Shown: positions 58,175-64,000 of the stretch, piece after piece
Layout of the letters: the number at the start of each line of letters is the position of its first letter
How positions within the stretch are numbered: position 1 is the stretch's first letter
Assembly: GCA_024704765.1 (NCBI GenBank)
Contig: JAKMXF010000321.1
Location: forward strand, 186,001 to 250,000
Direction: 5' to 3'
Source of the DNA: Oopsacas minuta
Taxonomy: Eukaryota > Animalia > Porifera
Length of the DNA: 64,000 nucleotides
Program-made: the position numbers and the translations under genes
Notes under the pieces: model-generated
What the model was told of the DNA's origin: nothing
The model's database searches: none
The model's input: the letters and a program-made list of their open reading frames with translations, nothing else

Positions 58175-59384
58175 TTTGTAACTGTTTTCCTTGGATATTT
58201 TTTTTCGAAAAATCCTCGATTTTCAAAATTTTATTCTACGCAAATAATATGAATTTCTCACTTTTTATGGGGAAAAAATGACAGAAATATCTAAGAATTT
58301 AATGGATTCATCAATTTCCCTAATGGACTATAAGCCACATCCCTGGATGGTTGGTAAAGGAAACTGATAAGTCAAAATTCAAATTCCGTGAGAATTCTAA
58401 AGTTTCAATTGCGAAGATCCAATACATTAATCGCTAGTTATATTCATCCTTAATATTAGCGCTTCTGTGTTACTCTACTTGCTAGTTTCATAGTAGAATC
58501 GGCTGATAATTTGTATTACATAATTTCCAGATGGAATTACAATCTTATGAGCCTTATAAAGCTAGGCGCGTAAGGATATTTCTCATTTTTAGTGGATATC
58601 AAAGACTAACTTGTATTTGCATTACCAAATCCATTATTAACTGTTTGATACAGAATCTTTGTTACTGTAATTTAATTAGTAGGTTGATTACACATACACA
58701 CATACCTGACCGACCTATCAGTTTCTTAAGCCAATTTTAGCGCCAAAATCGTATTGTAACTATAATTTGTGGACTTTGGTATGCACCTAGCTCGGACATG
58801 ATTCTTCTATGGTCTATTGGGTCCATAGAGTTCTTGATATATGATAGTCTATGAATGACAGTAGGGGGTTATTCAAGCAAAGGAGCTGCACTCCAGCGTG
58901 AGACCCCGCTCTGTGAGCACGATTGAGCGGACAAAATGGTCTACCCCTCTAATTATTACGCGCTCATGCATTTTTCTCAAAGAAAACTCCAAATCTTTCC
59001 AGAGTAATGAAAATATTAATCCCAACAGGATAGTACGAATTTGCACAGACCGCCCTTCTTAGTAACAAAATCGTAAAGTCACAAAGTATTAGACAATACA
59101 TTAGTGATAGAAAATATTACAAATGAGCCACAAATAATATTTCATAAACTTCCCTTCGTAGTGCGCGTCATTGTGTTAAGAGTAAGCTAATTTAATTAAT
59201 ACAAATTGAAAGTATTCTTTAATAAACTACCCTGGAATATTGCTCCTTATTAAACTGTTTTCAGTTTAATTACACGTAACACAGAATATTTTCCCAACAA
59301 AATGATTATCACGATGGACACTTTAGAGGGCTGTTCAAACGCTATGTAATGCTTCAAGCCCCATTCTTTATACTGTACTGACTA

Positions 59385-59843
59385 TTTTTCGCTTTGCTGT
59401 TCACACCTTTAGAGATTAAGACACCAAATTGGCATATATACTCGTAGTGACATCTAGATGTGCATCTGACATTTGGAAAATTTCTAATGTGTATATTTTC
59501 ACACCTTTTGACACTTCTGTATTTTAACCCAATCAGATTGTAGGGTCTTACAATTAGCCATTAATCCATAAAATTAGTTCTGGTGGAGTGTTAGTAATGT
59601 AATTAGCATTGTAATGTATTTGTATTGATGTAGACTGTAATTCTATTGGTCAATACATTATATTAAATATATATACACTGATTTATCATATGATTAATCA
59701 TATTTTGACACCTTTTAGTTAACATTTCAAAATTATCCTAGAGATTAGCTTCCACTTGTTAAATAGGAGTAAACAGGGACGTAGAATTCCATTTTTACAT
59801 GTCTAACAAGATTAGTAAAATTCAATTTTATCTTTCTTTACTA
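59385..59843 (+). mobile_element. ~600-bp repeat, copy C (pair-2 spacer)
   Basis: Near-identical to copy A. Confidence 0.85.
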
Positions 59844-60537
59844 AATAAATATTTAATAGAATAATATTGTTCAATAAATTCTCACCCACAACTATGTAAC
59901 ACTCATTTACCCGTTTATAGATAAACCACAATACGTTAGAATGGGTGTTAAAATTTTGTAATTATGGTATGACATCTTTGGAACAATTTGCACCGCTGGG
60001 TACCGATTCCAACCCCCCCACGAGCACTGGTTCGCACCCAAAGGGCCAAAAAGGCCAAAAAGACAGTAAAACACACATACAGTTTTATTAATTAAGTAAT
60101 ACAACAAGATTCCAAAAGATGAACAACTTGTCTCAGTCCCAAATGTTCTCCATTGCTACACATAATGTCATGAAAAGTGGACACCTCTCGCATGTGAGCA
60201 TTTTGGTTCTCTTACAGGAAGTTTTACTGTGTTAGCACAATTGTTGATTTTAATTCTTCATACTATTTGTTTCTCAGAGGAAACGTTTGAATATCAGAAT
60301 TACCAGAATTTAGCATATTATCTATTGTTAAAGGAGTTTCAGTATACTTTTACTATTTTCGATATCTGCAAATACTTTCTAATTGAAAGTTGTAACTTAC
60401 ACTAACAATAGGACGCTAAGCTACTGGTAATTTTTGGTGGAACAAAAATATTATTTGTTGCTTCATTATAGTAAATAAAATTGTATAAATAGGACAGAAT
60501 ATCAAAATAATGTCAACAGATACATTTAGACAATAAA

Positions 60538-60906
60538 ATGTCAACAGGTGAATATATTCCTAACATAGCTTTATGGCAGCCAAAGTCTTTGCCAAGACAA
60601 GATCAAATACTTTTACAAGTACTCGGAATTTCATACTACGATTTGGTATTTGCTGATTACAAACTTGTTTGGGAATTAATCGCTAAACAACAGCTAAACG
60701 CAAAAGAAGTTCAGAGAGTTAAACATATACGAAAACGTGAAAAGAACAAGTTGTTCTCAAGAGGACAGTTTCACACCTTGGAGGAGGCAATTGGTAACCT
60801 CCTTGAGGAGAAAAATGAACTTTTATTGACACGTGACAAAATGACACAAGAATGTGAATATTGGGAGAAAATGTATAAAGAATTAATCACTTTGGAATAC
60901 AGCTGA
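60538..60906 (+). CDS. Small CNC/Maf-like bZIP (type 2, copy b)
   Basis: Core identical to 56981-57349, termini diverged; TATAAATA at 60484-60491. Confidence 0.75.
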   Translation: MSTGEYIPNIALWQPKSLPRQDQILLQVLGISYYDLVFADYKLVWELIAKQQLNAKEVQRVKHIRKREKNKLFSRGQFHTLEEAIGNLLEEKNELLLTRDKMTQECEYWEKMYKELITLEYS

Positions 60907-61119
60907 TTTTCCAATTTTATCAAATTTTAATGTGCCTGCTGCTTATTGACTGCTAATATTTGCTAATACAGAAACTAATATATTATTTTACAAATACTTC
61001 GCGAAGCAAAAAATGGTGTTTACGCGCCCAATAGACTGCTATACCTATTCTCTAACAGTAGTTGCAATATGTAATTCTTAGATCTCGGTTCCCAAACTTT
61101 TTCACCCCTGTTCCAAATA

Positions 61120-61235
61120 CAGTAGATGCCGGTTATAGGAACATGTCGGTTATAGGAACATGTCGGTTATAGGAACATGTCGGTTATAGGAACATGTCGG
61201 TTATAGGAACATGTTCTTATAATCGGTATTGACTG
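61120..61235. mobile_element. pogo-type MITE with an internal 17-bp tandem array (CGGTTATAGGAACATGT x5)
   Basis: TA-CAGTAGATGCCGGTTATAGGAAC…GTTCTTATAATCGGTATTGACTG-TA. Confidence 0.8.
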
Positions 61236-62387
61236 TAGAACACAGGTCTGTCGTTGATCTTTTTGAATATTTTCCAACCTTCCCAATTGCTGCACACCAC
61301 AATTTTTTGGGACAGCACTGTGGAATCCCTGTGGCTCTTTTTAGCAACTTTTTATGCCAGTGAATATTGAAAGGAACTAATTTTAGAATATTTAGTCTCA
61401 GTAAATATTATCAATTATCGCTTAAAGCCACTTTCTAAAATGGCTCAGATAGAATCGGAACTATGATTATTCACATATATGTATCTTGATTTTAGATGGA
61501 TAATGAAAAATGTCCATTGAGCAAGAATAACCACTTTTCAAAAAGTGGTGATTTAACAATATTTTCATCAGAAAATCGATTAAGAATTAGCATCTTTTAA
61601 ATCAGCTGTTTAGTTCTGCTTACCTTTGTCCCTCATCATAGTGCCTTATATGACGTTTATATCTGTGGCCATAATGCAATTATCCGAATTGTCAACTCAG
61701 CAACTATTTGGATGTAATGTGTAGTTGAAATCGGGGTTTTTGTGTAAAGTGTGAAAATTGTTTATTCGAAATTCCCATATAAAATAGTAGGATTTTTTGT
61801 CTTTTGACTTCGCGTTTTTGACAGTGGAACTCAGATAAGACGTCCCTTGGGAGACCAAAATTAGTACGTACTAACCGAGTGTGCTTCTTACCTGAGTTCT
61901 ACATGTTATAATTCATAGCAAATAATATGCAGCCTTCATGTTTATTCTGTCAATTGATGTATATTAGCTATCAAAAATAATCCTATCTATCACTAGTTAG
62001 AATAATGAAATTTGTCGTTTTGACAGTACAATCAAATGGACAAAATCACCCGAATTCAATTCGTTAATTGTGATCAGGTGTAATGAAATATCATATGATA
62101 TTCAGTATTTTTCATACAAGCATGGTTTGCAATCAATGTTCATCGCAGACTGCCTTCGCCCCCGCTTGTATAGAATTATATTATAGCTACACAACTGTAG
62201 TAATGGAATGTTATGTAGACCAATGAATTTACAGTTTCAGGTAGGCTCATTACGAACCACTAATGTTACCAAGTGACACAACAGTGCATAGTTAACCTAC
62301 TTATAATATGAAAACAATTAAATTGATTGGGCGAGAGTATTTATAACTGATGGTTTTGATTTCAAAGAAATCTTCTATGAGAAATCT

Positions 62388-62670
62388 TACAGTCTGTGCT
62401 GACGTAATTTTACCAAATTTATTGTAATGGATTATTGAAAGTATATTATTCTATTAAATATCTATTTTAGTAAAGAAAGATAAAATTGAATTTTACTAAT
62501 CTTGTTAGACATGTAAAAATGGAATTCTACGTCCCTGTTTACCCCTATTTAACAAGTGGAGCTAATCTCTAGGATAATTTTGAAATGTTAACTAAAAGGT
62601 CAAAATATGATTAATCATATGATAAATCAGTGTATATACTAAGTCAACCATTTTAGAACTGAGCCACTAC
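62388..62670 (-). mobile_element. Internally deleted copy of the ~600-bp repeat
   Basis: Retains both ends of copy A (CAGTCTGTGCTGAC… and …ACTAAGTCAACCATTTTAGAACTGAGCCACTA). Confidence 0.75.
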
Positions 62671-64000
62671 ACTATGTTTGAGGTCTAGGCATTTGTCTCA
62701 TAGAATTTGAGTGATATCGCTTTGGCTTACAAATATGAACAATGAATATATTCCAGATTATAACCAGATAGACTCCGTCATTTAGATAATACATTTATGG
62801 AATTTACTTAGCGGACAGTTATGTGATATTAAAATAGATACGATAAAATTAATTTTGAATATTTCCAAAGATATGATCGAATAGATTAATATATTTATTG
62901 CTGTTTTGTAAAGTTGTTACTTTGCTTTAATGTATATTAATTGGTAGTTTGTACACATTAGTTAGGCGTGTTATTATTCTAATCTATAACAGTAGAAAAT
63001 GCTTAAGAGCTACACTTACCAAAAACATTTGTTACATACAAACTAATGGATGTCACTGCTTTCGGTGCAAAGTGCAATAATAAAATTGATAATAAAATCA
63101 CGCTGTGATTACTAAATGTACCTAAGTGCTGAGATTCTATGTGGCAAGGATTTGTCAAATCAGCTAATTTTCGGGGATATCTTGATCACTAGATTGGACT
63201 TTCCCGAGGGCATGTATGATGAGTGTCATGTCCAGCAAATTGTGTCCATGAGAGAATTGTCCTATTTTAGTCGGTGAGACCATAGTCTATAGTGACTTAA
63301 TACAGAAAATTCATAAGAATTAAGTATTCCTTAGATGTCGAAGAATTTCATCATTTTGAGAGCACTGCAATCAGGGAAAACATTTCTTCATAATGAAACA
63401 AAAAGCTCTCTTCTCATACATTCGATCAATTTTTGTGAATTTAAGTCAAACTGTGTATACAAGAATTAGGGAATTCCAGTTTCAGAATGCGTCAGGATAC
63501 TCGGGAAAGGATCTTCATCAAATCTATAAAACTTTAGAGTTCTGAGAAATGGTATTTGTTAGAATTTGTAAGCCTTAATATGGAACTAATTGACTTACTG
63601 TTGTGGTTTGGAAATAGTTAGATAATTAAGCTAACATACGGTTTACATATCAAATTATTCTTTTGATAAAATGTTTGCTAAGAAAATGCAATTTTGTGGT
63701 GTGAAATGCGATTAATCATATGACTATTATGTGATGAAATGTAGCTAATTTTTCCAAGTTTTATTTGACTACCAAATATTAGAAATTGGAACTATTGCAC
63801 TATAATGAACTCTTAGATAAGGATAATATTGTGTTGAGGTGTGGAAATATGATTAATCCATATGTTAGCCAAATGTTTGCTAGCTCATATTAGATATTTA
63901 CAATTACTAATTGAGTAACAGTGGTGTAACACAGTAACTGACTGTTAGATTTTCCATATGGACCACCGAATTTGTAACTAATGGTATGTTTTGGATTTGC

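Overview
AT-rich, intron-containing eukaryotic DNA with an early-branching animal gene set. The intronless NHL gene style and compact gene spacing suggest a sponge, possibly a hexactinellid; this is an inference. I rebuilt exon chains by hand. Genes: a partial CDS at 1-123, a GPR157-like GPCR, a Mind bomb-like E3 ligase lacking the MZM region, RACGAP1, an NHL-repeat protein, GATC, an ArfGAP-C2 protein, SERCA (10 exons), an OGFR-like protein with a 15-aa tandem repeat, LRRC58, RPS25, CLASP (16 exons), Derlin-1 and a prosaposin-like gene. A small membrane-protein ORF is nested on the same strand inside the prosaposin intron. From 45 to 61 kb lies a cluster of five tiny intronless CNC/Maf-type bZIP genes plus a relic, all lacking exactly one heptad of the DNA-binding basic region. 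Four of them form two head-to-head inverted pairs with tracts of perfect identity, and each pair has a copy of the same dispersed repeat in its spacer. Non-coding DNA is rich in MITEs (pogo/Tigger, Tc1, hAT), including 28-52 bp micro-elements with intact TIRs/TSDs. It also carries over-represented short motifs (TAGTTCCA/TGGAACTA, AAAGGTGTGAAAATAT, phased GGCGC/CCCGC) that often sit at intron ends. No tRNA, rRNA or CRISPR features were seen.
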